A stretch of 64,000 nt of DNA from positions 480,001 to 544,000 of the forward strand of contig OZ244207.1 of assembly GCA_965216875.1 (NCBI GenBank), in the 5' to 3' direction. Numbering within the stretch: the stretch's first letter is position 1; each line of letters starts with the position of its first letter. A program made the position numbers and the translations under genes. Shown here piece by piece: positions 50,859 through 61,437 of the stretch. Below the pieces are notes generated by a model. The model ran no database searches. It worked only from the letters and a program-made list of their open reading frames with translations, and was not told the origin of the DNA. This DNA comes from Rubripirellula sp. (lineage in GTDB: Bacteria > Planctomycetota > Planctomycetia > Pirellulales > Pirellulaceae).

Positions 50859-52241
50859 ATGCTTCGTCGATTCGCACTCTTTCACCTCGCCCTCGCGTTC
50901 CTCTTTTCCGGCATTCTTTACGGAGCCGAATCGAAGCCGCCAAACATCGTCTACATCCTGTTGGATGACGCGGGTTACGGAGATCTGTCGTGTTACGGCC
51001 AGGCAAATTTCTCGACGCCGAACATCGATCGACTGGCCCAGGAAGGCATGCGGTTTACCGACCACTACTCGGGAAGCACGGTTTGCGCTCCGACGCGGTG
51101 CTGCTTGATGACGGGCGTGCACACGGGACATTCTTTTGTCCGTGGCAATCGCGAAGTAAAGCCGGAAGGCCAAGCCGCAATGCCCGCCGACATCCTGACC
51201 ATCCCACGGTTGCTTCGAAACAAAGGTTACGTCACGGGTGCCTTTGGCAAGTGGGGACTTGGCGCACCAGGTTCGACCAGTGATCCGGTGGAACATTTTG
51301 ACGTGTTCTACGGTTACAACTGCCAACGCCAAGCTCATTCGTACTACCCCACACACTTGTGGAGCAACCATGAGCGAGTGCCGATGGATGGCGAAACCTA
51401 TAGTGCTACCCTCATTCACGAGCAGGCGCTCAAGTTCATCCGTGACAATAAAGACAAGCCGTTCTTTGCCTTTGTCCCCACGGCCATTCCGCATGCCGCC
51501 ATGCATGCCCCCGAATCGTATGTCGCGCCGTTTCGCAAAAAGTTCCCGCAGTTCGAGGATGTGGTCGGCAAGTATTCTGGACCGAACGTCAAGAATCCCG
51601 TTGCATGCTTCGCTGGGATGATGACGCTTGTCGATCAACAGGTTGGCCAGATCGTTGCCTTGCTTGACGAACTCGATCTCGAAGACGACACGTTGGTAAT
51701 GCTTTCGAGCGACAATGGTCCACACCAGGAAGGTGGCCACGATCCCGTGTTCTTCAATAGCAACGGTCCGCTGAAAGGTTTTAAGCGAGACCTTTACGAG
51801 GGCGGCATTCGCGCTCCGCTGATTGCGCGCTGGCCAGGCAAGATCAAACCGGGCACGACCTCCAGTTTGATGTCAGCCCACTGGGACATGCTGCCAACCT
51901 TCTGCGAGCTCTCGGGTGCGAAGGCACCTGAGGGCATCGATGGGATTTCGATCACTCACGAGTTGTTTGGAAAGCCGAACCAAGCTCAGCACGACTATTT
52001 GTATTGGGAGTTTTACGAGCGAGGCGGCAAACGCGCCGTTCGTTTTGGTGATTGGAAAGCGGTTCAATTGAATTTGCGAAAGCAAGCCAACCCTCCCATC
52101 GAGCTTTACTACTTGCCCAATGACATTGGCGAAGACAAGAACGTCGCTGAAGAGCACCCCGACAAAGTCGAGCAAGCCAAGAAGTACTTCGCTGATGCTC
52201 ACACGCCGTCGCCATTCTGGTCGTTCAGTAACCGCAAGTAA
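50859..52241 (+). CDS. Arylsulfatase (S1 family)
   Basis: PNIVYILLDDAGYGD, CAPTR, GKWG, SDNG, GFKRDLYEGGIR. Confidence 0.92.
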   Translation: MLRRFALFHLALAFLFSGILYGAESKPPNIVYILLDDAGYGDLSCYGQANFSTPNIDRLAQEGMRFTDHYSGSTVCAPTRCCLMTGVHTGHSFVRGNREVKPEGQAAMPADILTIPRLLRNKGYVTGAFGKWGLGAPGSTSDPVEHFDVFYGYNCQRQAHSYYPTHLWSNHERVPMDGETYSATLIHEQALKFIRDNKDKPFFAFVPTAIPHAAMHAPESYVAPFRKKFPQFEDVVGKYSGPNVKNPVACFAGMMTLVDQQVGQIVALLDELDLEDDTLVMLSSDNGPHQEGGHDPVFFNSNGPLKGFKRDLYEGGIRAPLIARWPGKIKPGTTSSLMSAHWDMLPTFCELSGAKAPEGIDGISITHELFGKPNQAQHDYLYWEFYERGGKRAVRFGDWKAVQLNLRKQANPPIELYYLPNDIGEDKNVAEEHPDKVEQAKKYFADAHTPSPFWSFSNRK

Positions 52242-52250
52242 GGTTCGGAC

Positions 52251-54482
52251 ATGCCGCGAACGATCGCCCTCGCTGCTGCATTGTTGATTGCATGTAGTGC
52301 AGCTGCGCAGACCGACGTTGAGAAGGAACAAGGCAGCAAGCGCGACGAGCTGACGGTCAAAGAGTTGATCGAGAAGATCAAGCCGTCTGTGGTCACGATT
52401 CGTGTATCAGGGCGCGATGGAACGACTGTCGGCATGGGGACGGGATTCATTATCTCCGAGGACGGACTCGTTGCAACCAACTTGCACGTGATCGACGAAG
52501 GACGCGAGTTCTCGATTCAAACACGTGAAGGACGCCGTTTGCCGGTTGAAACTATCGAGGCGACCGATCGTGCCGGCGACCTTGCCCTGGTGCGCGTCAA
52601 GACAGAAGAGTCGCTGCCGTCGATTCCGCTTGCCGTCGAGGCAGAGCCGGATCAAGGTCTGCGCGTGCTTGCCTTTGGGAATCCTCTTGGGCTTGAGAAC
52701 AGCGTGGTCGAAGGGATTGTGTCTGCTGTTCGCGAAGTTGAAGGTCGGCGAATGATCCAGCTTGCCATGCCGATCCAAACCGGCAATAGCGGCGGGCCGA
52801 TCGTCGACATGCAGGGACGCGCACGCGGGATCGTGAATATGAAGTCGGCGGTCGATGACAACCTTGGATTCGCCATTCCCGTCGCCCAGCTTCGACCACT
52901 GCAAGAATCCCCCAACCCGATCAAGTTCGATCGATGGGTCATGCTTGGCCGCATTGATGGCCAAGACTGGAAGCCGGTTTTCGGTTCGAAATGGCAACAG
53001 CGCGGCGGGATCCTTTCGGCACGCGGCTACGGAACAAGCTTTGGCGGTCGCTCGCTCTGTTTGTCAACGATCGATGAACCAGAGCTGCCCTACGATGTCG
53101 AAGTCTTTGTCAAACTCGATGATGAATCGGGGGCAGCTGGATTGGCTTTCTGCAGCGATGGGAAAGACCGCCACTACGGTTTCTATCCCTCAAGCGGACG
53201 CGTTCGGCTGACCTGTTTCAAAGGGCCAACCGTCCAGTCTTGGGAGATCCTTGATGACCAACCGTCGCAACACTATCTGCCTGGTGCGTGGAACAAATTA
53301 CGGATTCGCCGAGAGCCCAAACGACTGCAGTGTTTCCTGAACGAACACTTGATCTTTGATTCGACGGACGACCAACTCGCGAGCGGACAACTCGGTCTGG
53401 TCAAGTTTCGAGGCACCAATCCAGACTTCAAAGGGTTTCGCGTTGGAAAAGATCTGGCGCCGAAACCGCTATCGGAATTTGCCCAGCAGTGGCTCACGAA
53501 ACTCGATGCCGACTCGAAGCTGGGGCAGACGGCAACGCGCGATGACGTCGCAAAGCTCAGTGAAAGTGACGAAGCGAGCTCACGGGCAATCTTGCAACGC
53601 GCACGGCAACTCAAACAGCAAGCCGAAGAACTTGAAAAGCTTGCCGCTGATGTTCGAACCGCGCCGACTCTGAATGAGCTGGCCAAACTTTTTGACGCCA
53701 ATACAAACAGTCCGGATGCGTTGCTGCGGGGAGCGTTGCTGGTCGCTGCGCTTGACGATCCCGATGTCGACGTTGACGCATACGTCCAACGCGTCGAAGC
53801 AATGGCCAACGAGATCTCCTCGGGGCTCGATGAAGACGTGGACGAAGAGGTTCGTCTGGCCGCGCTCGACCAATACTTGTTCCAGGAGAACGGTTTTCAT
53901 GGAGGGCGAATGGAATACTATCATCCGGCCAATAGTCACCTGAACCGTGTGATCGACGAACGCGAAGGTTTGCCGATCACGATGTCGATTCTCTACATCG
54001 AGCTTGGTAAACGTCTTCGTCTCAAGATTGAAGGCATCGGACTTCCAGGTCACTTCGTGGTTGGTCATGTGACGGAGAAAGGCGAAGAGACAAAGACTCA
54101 GCTGATCGATGTGTTCAATCGTGGCCAAAAGATGTCACAGGAAGAAGCTGCATTGATGGTCGCCACCGGTGGTCGACGACTGATCGCGTCTGATCTCGAG
54201 CCGCAGTCGACCCAGCAAATCTTGACGCGCGTGGTCCGTAATTTGATGGGGATTGCGGGAAATCAAGGCGACACCGAAGCCCTCGCCCGATACTGCGAAG
54301 CATTGGTCGCGGTGAACCCCAAGGACGCGGAATTCCGGTTTCTGCGAGCCCAAGCACGAGCGCTTAGCGGTCGCCGCACGGCCGCCCACGAGGATGCCGA
54401 TTGGCTTATCGATAACGCACCAGGCGGCTTTGACGTTCACCAAGCGATCCGCCTCAAACAAGCAATCGACGCTCAACCCTAA
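52251..54482 (+). CDS. Trypsin-like serine protease + DUF1080-like + SirB1/transglutaminase-like + TPR fusion
   Basis: TNLHVI, DLAL, GNSGGP triad; AAGLAF beta-sandwich; NSHLNRVIDEREGLPI...GLPGHF. Confidence 0.82.
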   Translation: MPRTIALAAALLIACSAAAQTDVEKEQGSKRDELTVKELIEKIKPSVVTIRVSGRDGTTVGMGTGFIISEDGLVATNLHVIDEGREFSIQTREGRRLPVETIEATDRAGDLALVRVKTEESLPSIPLAVEAEPDQGLRVLAFGNPLGLENSVVEGIVSAVREVEGRRMIQLAMPIQTGNSGGPIVDMQGRARGIVNMKSAVDDNLGFAIPVAQLRPLQESPNPIKFDRWVMLGRIDGQDWKPVFGSKWQQRGGILSARGYGTSFGGRSLCLSTIDEPELPYDVEVFVKLDDESGAAGLAFCSDGKDRHYGFYPSSGRVRLTCFKGPTVQSWEILDDQPSQHYLPGAWNKLRIRREPKRLQCFLNEHLIFDSTDDQLASGQLGLVKFRGTNPDFKGFRVGKDLAPKPLSEFAQQWLTKLDADSKLGQTATRDDVAKLSESDEASSRAILQRARQLKQQAEELEKLAADVRTAPTLNELAKLFDANTNSPDALLRGALLVAALDDPDVDVDAYVQRVEAMANEISSGLDEDVDEEVRLAALDQYLFQENGFHGGRMEYYHPANSHLNRVIDEREGLPITMSILYIELGKRLRLKIEGIGLPGHFVVGHVTEKGEETKTQLIDVFNRGQKMSQEEAALMVATGGRRLIASDLEPQSTQQILTRVVRNLMGIAGNQGDTEALARYCEALVAVNPKDAEFRFLRAQARALSGRRTAAHEDADWLIDNAPGGFDVHQAIRLKQAIDAQP

Positions 54483-54484
54483 TC

Positions 54485-55480
54485 ATGCTTGTTACGCCGC
54501 TTCATAACCGCCGCAACCGATTCGTTGCTTGGATCGTCTGCGTCGTTGTGGTGGCGGCCATTGTCGCGTTGTCGTCGGCAACCTCGCTACTCGCGTTGGT
54601 GCTCCTGGCGCTGATACCGGTTGTCTATTGGCTCGTACGCCGAAAAACGTTACGCCGCCGAACCGTGATTGCAGGGCCCTTTCCACCGCAATGGGAAGTT
54701 TGCCTGAATCGAGACGTCGAGTTCTTTCGGCGGCTTGATGAGGACCAGAAGCAGCGGTTTCGCGATATGGTCAAAGTGTTTATCGACGAGACGCCGATCA
54801 CCGGGATCCGCACCGAGGTTGACGACCAAACTCGTGTTCTCGTTGCCGCGAGTGCGATCATACCTGTCTTCGGTTTTGACGATTGGGAATACAGCGGACT
54901 CGGCGAAGTGCTGATCTATCCGAGCGCCTTTGACGAAAACTATGCAGCGGAAGTCGGAGGCGACGGAAACATTTTGGGCATGGTTGGCGTCAACCATCTC
55001 TCGGGCGTGATGATCCTGTCCAAGCCCGCGCTGATTTCAGGTTTTGCAAATCCCGGCGACAAACGCAACGTCGGCATTCATGAATTCGCACACCTCGTCG
55101 ACAAAGCCGATGGTTCGGTTGATGGGCTTCCTGCTGGGATTCCCGCGGCGACGGTTGCCCCATGGATTCAATGGGTCGCAGAGGAACTCGATCAGGGGGA
55201 TCGGCGCGGTCATCACATCGATGGCTACGCGTACACAAATCAAGCGGAATACCTCGCGGTCTTGACCGAGTACTTTTTCGAAGAACCCGAGACGCTCCAA
55301 CGCAAGAATCCGCAGCTCTACGAGATGCTGCAATCGATCTACCGCCAAGACACCAAGTCATTCCTCGCCGGTGCCCTGCCCAAGCGTCGCGGACGAGTCG
55401 GACGCAACAGCCCCTGTCTGTGCGGCAGCGGAAAGAAGTTCAAACGTTGCTGCGGTAACCGTCGTAAGAAACGCAAGTAG
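54485..55480 (+). CDS. MtfA/peptidase M90 zinc peptidase with N-terminal TMs and C-terminal SEC-C motif
   Basis: VLIYPSAF, NVGIHEFAHLVD, EYFFE; GRNSPCLCGSGKKFKRCC. Confidence 0.88.
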   Translation: MLVTPLHNRRNRFVAWIVCVVVVAAIVALSSATSLLALVLLALIPVVYWLVRRKTLRRRTVIAGPFPPQWEVCLNRDVEFFRRLDEDQKQRFRDMVKVFIDETPITGIRTEVDDQTRVLVAASAIIPVFGFDDWEYSGLGEVLIYPSAFDENYAAEVGGDGNILGMVGVNHLSGVMILSKPALISGFANPGDKRNVGIHEFAHLVDKADGSVDGLPAGIPAATVAPWIQWVAEELDQGDRRGHHIDGYAYTNQAEYLAVLTEYFFEEPETLQRKNPQLYEMLQSIYRQDTKSFLAGALPKRRGRVGRNSPCLCGSGKKFKRCCGNRRKKRK

Positions 55481-55492
55481 GCCGTGAGTTTT

Positions 55493-55578
55493 GTAGGGTG
55501 TGTGCTTGCACGCACCGCTGATCATCGCTGGCAATACCGTCATTTGCGTCGATTGGTGCGTGCAAGCACACACCCTAT
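55493..55578. repeat. REPIN family F7
   Basis: Perfect 23-bp inverted repeat TAGGGTGTGTGCTTGCACGCACC / GGTGCGTGCAAGCACACACCCTA. Confidence 0.8.
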
Positions 55579-55599
55579 TTTGCGACCAAAAAAACGAAC

Positions 55600-55641
55600 T
55601 TGACATTACTACACCCAGTAGTAAAAATTACGCAAGTGTAA
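55600..55641 (+). promoter_or_regulatory. blaI-operon promoter with overlapping palindromic operator
   Basis: TTGACA 55600-55605; TTACTAC-N5-GTAGTAA 55606-55624; TAAAAAT about 55622-55628; second TTAC-N6-GTAA at 55628-55641. Confidence 0.75.
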
Positions 55642-55674
55642 GTAAACGCTTTTGTCGTTCGTTGCGGGGGAATC

Positions 55675-56058
55675 ATGAAACGCCCTTCCAAAGGTGACCT
55701 GGAGCTGCTGAGCCTACTGTGGCAACAGGGGCCTATTTCTCTTTCTCAGGCCCACGAGCAGCTGCCGGACGATGTCGCCTACACGACCGTCCAAACTCGC
55801 CTGAATCGACTTGTCGAAAAGGGACTCGCGACTCGCGAAAAGGTTGGCCGCCAGCCGATGCGATACAGCGCCGCGGTAGGCCCTGAAGAGATCGACACCA
55901 GCCAGCTCGACTCGCTCGTCCAACGAATCGCGGGCGGCTCCGTTTTGCCGCTCGTCGCACATCTGGTTCAGAAAAACGACTTCACGGCGACCGAGCTTTC
56001 CGAACTCAAGAAGCTTGTTCGCGACGCCGAAAAGCGATCGAAGGAGGGGGACAAATGA
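55675..56058 (+). CDS. BlaI/MecI/CopY-family repressor
   Basis: LELLSLLW, AYTTVQTRLNRLVEKG, GGSVLPLVAHLV, ELSELKKLV. Confidence 0.92.
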   Translation: MKRPSKGDLELLSLLWQQGPISLSQAHEQLPDDVAYTTVQTRLNRLVEKGLATREKVGRQPMRYSAAVGPEEIDTSQLDSLVQRIAGGSVLPLVAHLVQKNDFTATELSELKKLVRDAEKRSKEGDK

Positions 56059-58553
56059 TCTGGGAAACGTTGCTTGATTATTCCCCGAACCTGTTGCGTG
56101 GTTCCTTGTTGCTTGCCGTCGCCTCCTGCCTTGCGATTGGCGGGACAAAATGGCTTGGCGATGTGGGTGGGCCAACAGCGAGCCTGGTTTGGTCGATGGT
56201 TTTGATCACCGGCATGATCGTGGTTCCCGCGCATTTGCAGGTGGCATGGTACGCTCCCCCGGAACCGACGTCGTCCGAGTGGGCCTCACCTGCGACCACG
56301 TTGCCGCAGGCGGAGAGCTCCGCAGCGGTTTCACGAGCGCATATCGATAGCGGCGTTGCACATGCGACGGTCGCACCACACCACGCCGAATCACCCAGCA
56401 AGACGCCATCGATTGGGATCGCTTCCGTGTGTGTCGCGTTGTGGTTGATCGGATCGGCTTTGCTGTTGGTCGTTTCCACTGCTTCGTATGCCGGTCTGTT
56501 GATTTCGCTGCGCCGCTGTTGGCGACCACAAAAAGATTGGTTGGACGAATACGAGCGAGTCTCGCATCAGTTTGGAACCACGTCACCACCGCGGCTTGTT
56601 GTTCATCCGACCCTGGGGCCGTTCCTTTGTATGACGCCGCTGGGAAACAGGCTTGTCATTCCTGCTGACCAATGGTCGTTGCTCAGTCAACATCAGCGAG
56701 AAGCGGTGATCCGGCACGAGCTTGCCCACCACCGTCGTCGGGATCTGCTGCGTTCTTTGCCGGCCCAGTTGGTTGTCCTCGTGCATTGGTTCAACCCGTT
56801 TGCTTGGTACGCCGCGCGGCGTCTCGAGGAAAACGCCGAAATCGCGGCTGACGCACAGGCGATTGGACAAAGTGGCCAGCACGCCGGTGATCTTGCAGCA
56901 GCGTTATTGACGCTTTCGCAAGGGACGTCGCGCTCGCTACTCATTGCGTCCGCAGCACGGCCACGTGGTTTGAAGCGTCGATTGCAGCAATTAGCAGGGC
57001 ATTCAACTCACCAAACTAATGGTTCCCTCGCAAAACGAGCCGCTGTGATCGTCGCGATGCTGAGTCTGCTTATGGTTTCAAGCGTTCAGATTCAATTGGT
57101 CGCGCAAGAGGCTCAAAACGGTTCCGGCGATTCGCAGCCGCCAGCCGTATCGATCGAGACAGCAAAGGATCTTGCCGGACAACTCGCGATCGATGACGAG
57201 CTGACGCAGTCGCTTCATGATGCCTTGCAAACGCGACCGGGCACGATCGTTTTGCGTGATCGCGTTGGAGCGTACGAAAACGCGGCGCGGCTCCTCGCTC
57301 GCTACGAAGCGGTTCCCAAGTTCTTCGAAGAGAACTTTACTCGAACCGACAATGGTCTTGCGCTAAGGGAAGATCGCAAGGACCTCTACCTCCGATTGGC
57401 GACGGAGTCCAAGAAGCTTAACGATGACATCGACAAGCTGAAAAAGTCGATGCGAGACAAGGCGGCAGCGCTGAAGGTTGAATCGGATCTCGACAAGCTG
57501 GTGCATCGATTCCTCGTTGATGATGCGACACCCGTCATCCTGTACTCGCGTCAAATCCGAACGCAGCTGGCCGGCATGCAAAGTCTCGAGCGGGTCTATG
57601 CCGATGTGATCGCCAAACGTGCGGACGGGAAATATGCACTGCGTCCCGACGCGCGAGAACAAACCGAGGCGAGAATCCAGCAGTTTGAAAAACGCAGAAA
57701 GTTGATCGAGCGGTTGCAGCAGGACCTTGTCGACTTTGCCGACGATATCGCGCCGACCGATCCGATGCACCAAGACCTCAAACGCTTGCTCGCTCACCCG
57801 ATTGTCACGACGCAGTTGGCGTTGCCACTGATCGATTCGGACCAGCCACCGCGTCAACTCTCCGAACGAATCATTGGCCAATTCGACAACTCCTTCGTTG
57901 AAGGCGCTGAGGGATTGCAAATGCGCGACGAAGTGGCCGAGAACATCAAGCGGATGGTGGTTTCGATGCAACGCGTCGTGGACGTCACCGAAGGACTCCG
58001 AGAACCGCTCCGGCAATTCGTCAGTCAGATGACCGAAGAGACCGAGCTTGATCGTAAATTGAAAAGGGCGATGGGCATGGAGATCACGCTCGTTCGCACT
58101 GCGAGTCGTGTTCAATATGCCGGCTCGGATGTTTCGGTCGCTGTTGATCGCTATTTCGCGAGCTTCCTTTCTGAGGATGACAATGGGACGCTAACAATCA
58201 ACACGTCCAACGTCACCGAGCAACAGATCACAGGCTTGGTGTCAGGCATTTTCCGTGAGGCTCGTATCGCCCGACGTCGCGGCCGCGAAGTGACCGAGTT
58301 GACCGAATTGATCACCGATCAAGTGCTCAAGGAAGTGATGATGTCGCCAGGAGGAAAGATTGCCATCGGTGATGCGTTGCGCGACGCTTTGGCGCAAACG
58401 GCGACCAACGGACTTGATCAATGGATCGCCGATCATTTGGCTGAGGTCGAAAATGGTCGGTACAGCATCCTGGAAGAACGCCGGCCAGCGATCGTCGAGT
58501 TCGTGAGGCAGGTCGATGACCTCAAACGAGAGAGCGAAAATGCGGATTTTTAG
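56055..58553 (+). CDS. BlaR1-like peptidase M56 sensor with long helical extracytoplasmic domain
   Basis: HELAHHRRRD, HWFNPFAW, E..AD, LKRRL; ATGA overlap with blaI. Confidence 0.88.
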   Translation: MIWETLLDYSPNLLRGSLLLAVASCLAIGGTKWLGDVGGPTASLVWSMVLITGMIVVPAHLQVAWYAPPEPTSSEWASPATTLPQAESSAAVSRAHIDSGVAHATVAPHHAESPSKTPSIGIASVCVALWLIGSALLLVVSTASYAGLLISLRRCWRPQKDWLDEYERVSHQFGTTSPPRLVVHPTLGPFLCMTPLGNRLVIPADQWSLLSQHQREAVIRHELAHHRRRDLLRSLPAQLVVLVHWFNPFAWYAARRLEENAEIAADAQAIGQSGQHAGDLAAALLTLSQGTSRSLLIASAARPRGLKRRLQQLAGHSTHQTNGSLAKRAAVIVAMLSLLMVSSVQIQLVAQEAQNGSGDSQPPAVSIETAKDLAGQLAIDDELTQSLHDALQTRPGTIVLRDRVGAYENAARLLARYEAVPKFFEENFTRTDNGLALREDRKDLYLRLATESKKLNDDIDKLKKSMRDKAAALKVESDLDKLVHRFLVDDATPVILYSRQIRTQLAGMQSLERVYADVIAKRADGKYALRPDAREQTEARIQQFEKRRKLIERLQQDLVDFADDIAPTDPMHQDLKRLLAHPIVTTQLALPLIDSDQPPRQLSERIIGQFDNSFVEGAEGLQMRDEVAENIKRMVVSMQRVVDVTEGLREPLRQFVSQMTEETELDRKLKRAMGMEITLVRTASRVQYAGSDVSVAVDRYFASFLSEDDNGTLTINTSNVTEQQITGLVSGIFREARIARRRGREVTELTELITDQVLKEVMMSPGGKIAIGDALRDALAQTATNGLDQWIADHLAEVENGRYSILEERRPAIVEFVRQVDDLKRESENADF

Positions 58554-59880
58554 CTGTGCTCTCTGCATTGCAATCTCGTTGGCGGGAAATGGCTGGGGCG
58601 GCGAGATCGATGACTTTCTGGCGACTGCCCACCGTAAGGCCGGCGTCAAAGCAGCGCCGGTATGTTCGGACGATGAATTCCTAAGACGCATCAGCCTCGA
58701 TCTGATGGGGCGGATCCCAACACGTCAGGAATTGGTTGATTTTCGACAACGCCCCGATCGTCGCGCAAAGATTGAGGAGCTTTTGGCCAGTGAGGATTTC
58801 CCACGGTTCTGGGCCGAAGTTTGGACGGCGTCGCTTGTTGGTTACCGCACGCGCGCCTTCAACGTGAGTCGCGAGCCGCTCCGCAAGTGGCTCGAAGAAT
58901 CATTTGCCGATGATGTCGGCTACGACGAGATTGCGGGCGAGTTGATCGCGGCCGAGGGCGAGTCTGCGTTTGATGGTCCGGTGAACTTTGTTGTGCGTCA
59001 TCGAGAACAACCCGCCGTCAAGGTGTCACGCTTCTTTCTCGGTGTGCAACTTGATTGTGCTCGATGCCACGACCATCCGTTCGATCGCTGGACGAGTGAG
59101 GATTTCGAAAAGTTCAACCAGTTTTTTCGCAGCGCAACCTATTCGCCGGTCTCGCAGCGGAACATTCGCGTCATCGAAACGCCTCGCAACGTGCGCGAAG
59201 AAGATAAACCGCGATTCCTGACCGGTGCCGAGCCGACCACAAACCGTTGGCGTGATGAGCTTGCCTTTTTCGTGACGACATGCAAACCGTTTGCAAGAAA
59301 CTACGCCAACCGAGTTTGGTACCAGTTGCTCGGACGCGGCATCGTTGATCCGCCCGACAGCTTTGTCGACGGAGCTGCGGTTGCTCCCGAGCTGCTTGAA
59401 TTCTTTGCCCAACAAACTCGCGACGATGATTTCGAGCTCCGTCCACTGGTGCGAATGATTTGCCAATCGGATGCCTACCAGCGGGAATCAGGTCACTCGA
59501 ATCTCTCCGAGCAAGCCAACGCGTTGTTCGCGAGTTATGTCCCCAAACCGATGACGACTGTCCAGCTTCTCAATTCACTCGAGACCGCAACGGGCATCCG
59601 GCTAAGCAGCACCGAGCGCGGACGTAGGCTCGCACGAACGCTTCAATCTTCGATCGACGATGACTTCAGCCAGACATGGAACTATCGCGATACCGTTCAA
59701 AACGTGATGCAGCGACTGGTCGAAGAACATGAGTTTCGCGATTCAAGCATCCACGCGTTGTACGAAAAGATTCTCAGTCGCAGCCCCACTCCGAGCGAAC
59801 TCAGCCTCTGTCGTGGCCGCAACAAATCGCAAATTGTGTTTGCGTTGATCAACAGCAACGAATTTCGTTTCAATCACTGA
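58540..59880 (+). CDS. DUF1549/DUF1553 (PSD1/PSCyt2) domain protein
   Basis: DDEFLRRISLDLMGRIPT, FLGVQLDCARCHDHPFD, NRVWYQLLGRGIVDP, LINSNEFRFNH. Confidence 0.9.
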   Translation: MRIFSCALCIAISLAGNGWGGEIDDFLATAHRKAGVKAAPVCSDDEFLRRISLDLMGRIPTRQELVDFRQRPDRRAKIEELLASEDFPRFWAEVWTASLVGYRTRAFNVSREPLRKWLEESFADDVGYDEIAGELIAAEGESAFDGPVNFVVRHREQPAVKVSRFFLGVQLDCARCHDHPFDRWTSEDFEKFNQFFRSATYSPVSQRNIRVIETPRNVREEDKPRFLTGAEPTTNRWRDELAFFVTTCKPFARNYANRVWYQLLGRGIVDPPDSFVDGAAVAPELLEFFAQQTRDDDFELRPLVRMICQSDAYQRESGHSNLSEQANALFASYVPKPMTTVQLLNSLETATGIRLSSTERGRRLARTLQSSIDDDFSQTWNYRDTVQNVMQRLVEEHEFRDSSIHALYEKILSRSPTPSELSLCRGRNKSQIVFALINSNEFRFNH

Positions 59881-59914
59881 ACGTCGCGTACTTGAAAGAC
59901 AGGTGCACGGTCCA

Positions 59915-61153
59915 ATGTCCAAACAAACCATGTTTGAATCGACTCGGCGACAATTCTTGAGTTCGGTTTCGACCGGCGCTGCCCTGTTGGCAACGGCACG
60001 CCAGACGTTTGCTGAGGTTGCAGGGGGAAGCTCCAATTCACGCGCGAAACGATGCGTCGTCCTGTGGATGAACGGTGGCCCGAGTCAATTCGAGACTTTC
60101 GACCCCAAACCTGGTACCTCCACCGGCGGTCCGACCGAGGCGATTGCCACGAACGTGCCCGGCATCCATCTATCACAGCATCTACCACAACTGGCCAAAC
60201 GCGCTGACAAGCTTGCTGTGGTTCGCAGTGTGACATCCAACGAAGGAGAGCACGAACGCGCTCAGTACTATTTACATACCGGGTTTCAATTGGTTCCCGC
60301 TTTTCCGCGTCCAGCGTTGGGTTCGGTGATCTCGTTCCAGCAGGAGGCCACCGCGACCCCCAACTACGTATTGCTCGGTGACCAGTCGATTGGCCCGGCG
60401 TATTGTGGGCCCGATCATGCGGCCTTCGCGATCGAGAATGCAGATTCGGCAAAGCAATTGTTGGGACAGATCGAAAACCGAAACGCCGGCATTGATCTGC
60501 TTCGCCAGCTCGGGCAAGGCTTTGATGATCGAAATCGTTTTCCTGATGTTGAACGACGTTCGGCGATGCTGTCGAAGCTACAAAGCATCACCGAGACACC
60601 GTTTCGCAACTCACTTGACCTTGCTCAAGAAAAGGACGCAACGCGCATGCGTTATGGCGACCACCTCTTTGGTCGACGATGTTTGACGGCTCGAAGGTTG
60701 TTGGAAATTGGCGTGCCATTTGTTGAAGTGCAACTCAACGGCTGGGACACTCACACCGACAACTTCGCGCAAGTGCAACGATTGGCTCGGCCCATGGACC
60801 AAGCTTGGTCGGCACTGATGGATGATTTGGTTTCGTCTGGACTGTGGGACGACACCCTGATCCTTTGGATGGGAGACTTTGGACGCACGCCAATCATCAA
60901 TGCGAACAATGGAAGGGACCATTTCCCCAGCAGCACGCCGGTTGTGTTTTCCGGCGGCGCCGTCCGCGGCGGTCAGGTGATTGGTCAGACCAACGCGGAC
61001 GGCACCGCGATCGATGGAAAGACGCATCGTGTTGCCGAGGTGGCAGCGACGCTGCTTTCGCGATTGGGCGTTGCGCCCGACCAGACCTTTCAGACCTCCT
61101 TTGGCAGCCCAACCGAGGCGACCGACGATGGGATCCCGATCGAATCGCTCTAG
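59915..61153 (+). CDS. DUF1501 domain protein (Tat-exported)
   Basis: TRRQFL, LWMNGGPSQFETFDPK, GWDTH, GDFGRTP, GRDH. Confidence 0.92.
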   Translation: MSKQTMFESTRRQFLSSVSTGAALLATARQTFAEVAGGSSNSRAKRCVVLWMNGGPSQFETFDPKPGTSTGGPTEAIATNVPGIHLSQHLPQLAKRADKLAVVRSVTSNEGEHERAQYYLHTGFQLVPAFPRPALGSVISFQQEATATPNYVLLGDQSIGPAYCGPDHAAFAIENADSAKQLLGQIENRNAGIDLLRQLGQGFDDRNRFPDVERRSAMLSKLQSITETPFRNSLDLAQEKDATRMRYGDHLFGRRCLTARRLLEIGVPFVEVQLNGWDTHTDNFAQVQRLARPMDQAWSALMDDLVSSGLWDDTLILWMGDFGRTPIINANNGRDHFPSSTPVVFSGGAVRGGQVIGQTNADGTAIDGKTHRVAEVAATLLSRLGVAPDQTFQTSFGSPTEATDDGIPIESL

Positions 61154-61162
61154 AACAGGCAA

Positions 61163-61227
61163 GTAGGGCGTGTGCTCGCAGGCACAGAACGCTCCCGCAC
61201 TGTGTTGCGTGCCAGTAAACGCCCTAC
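61163..61227. repeat. Degenerate F7 REPIN
   Basis: GTAGGGCGTGTGCTCGCAGGCAC ... GCGTGCCAGTAAACGCCCTAC, 9 nt after the DUF1501 stop. Confidence 0.65.
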
Positions 61228-61437
61228 GAATCACTCGGGCTGCAACGCGGAATCAGCCGCGTAAACCCCGTCCTGGAAGGGGTTTAGGGCAACTTTCGAG
61301 GCCCCAAAGACAGATTCGCAATGGTGTGTACAATGGACTCCACGATGCCACCCGCCTGAATCGTTTCTTGATTCAACTCGTCCGCTGATGCGTTCGAGCC
61401 CAACTTCAGTTGAAAAGATTGTCAAAGGCAGAATTTG

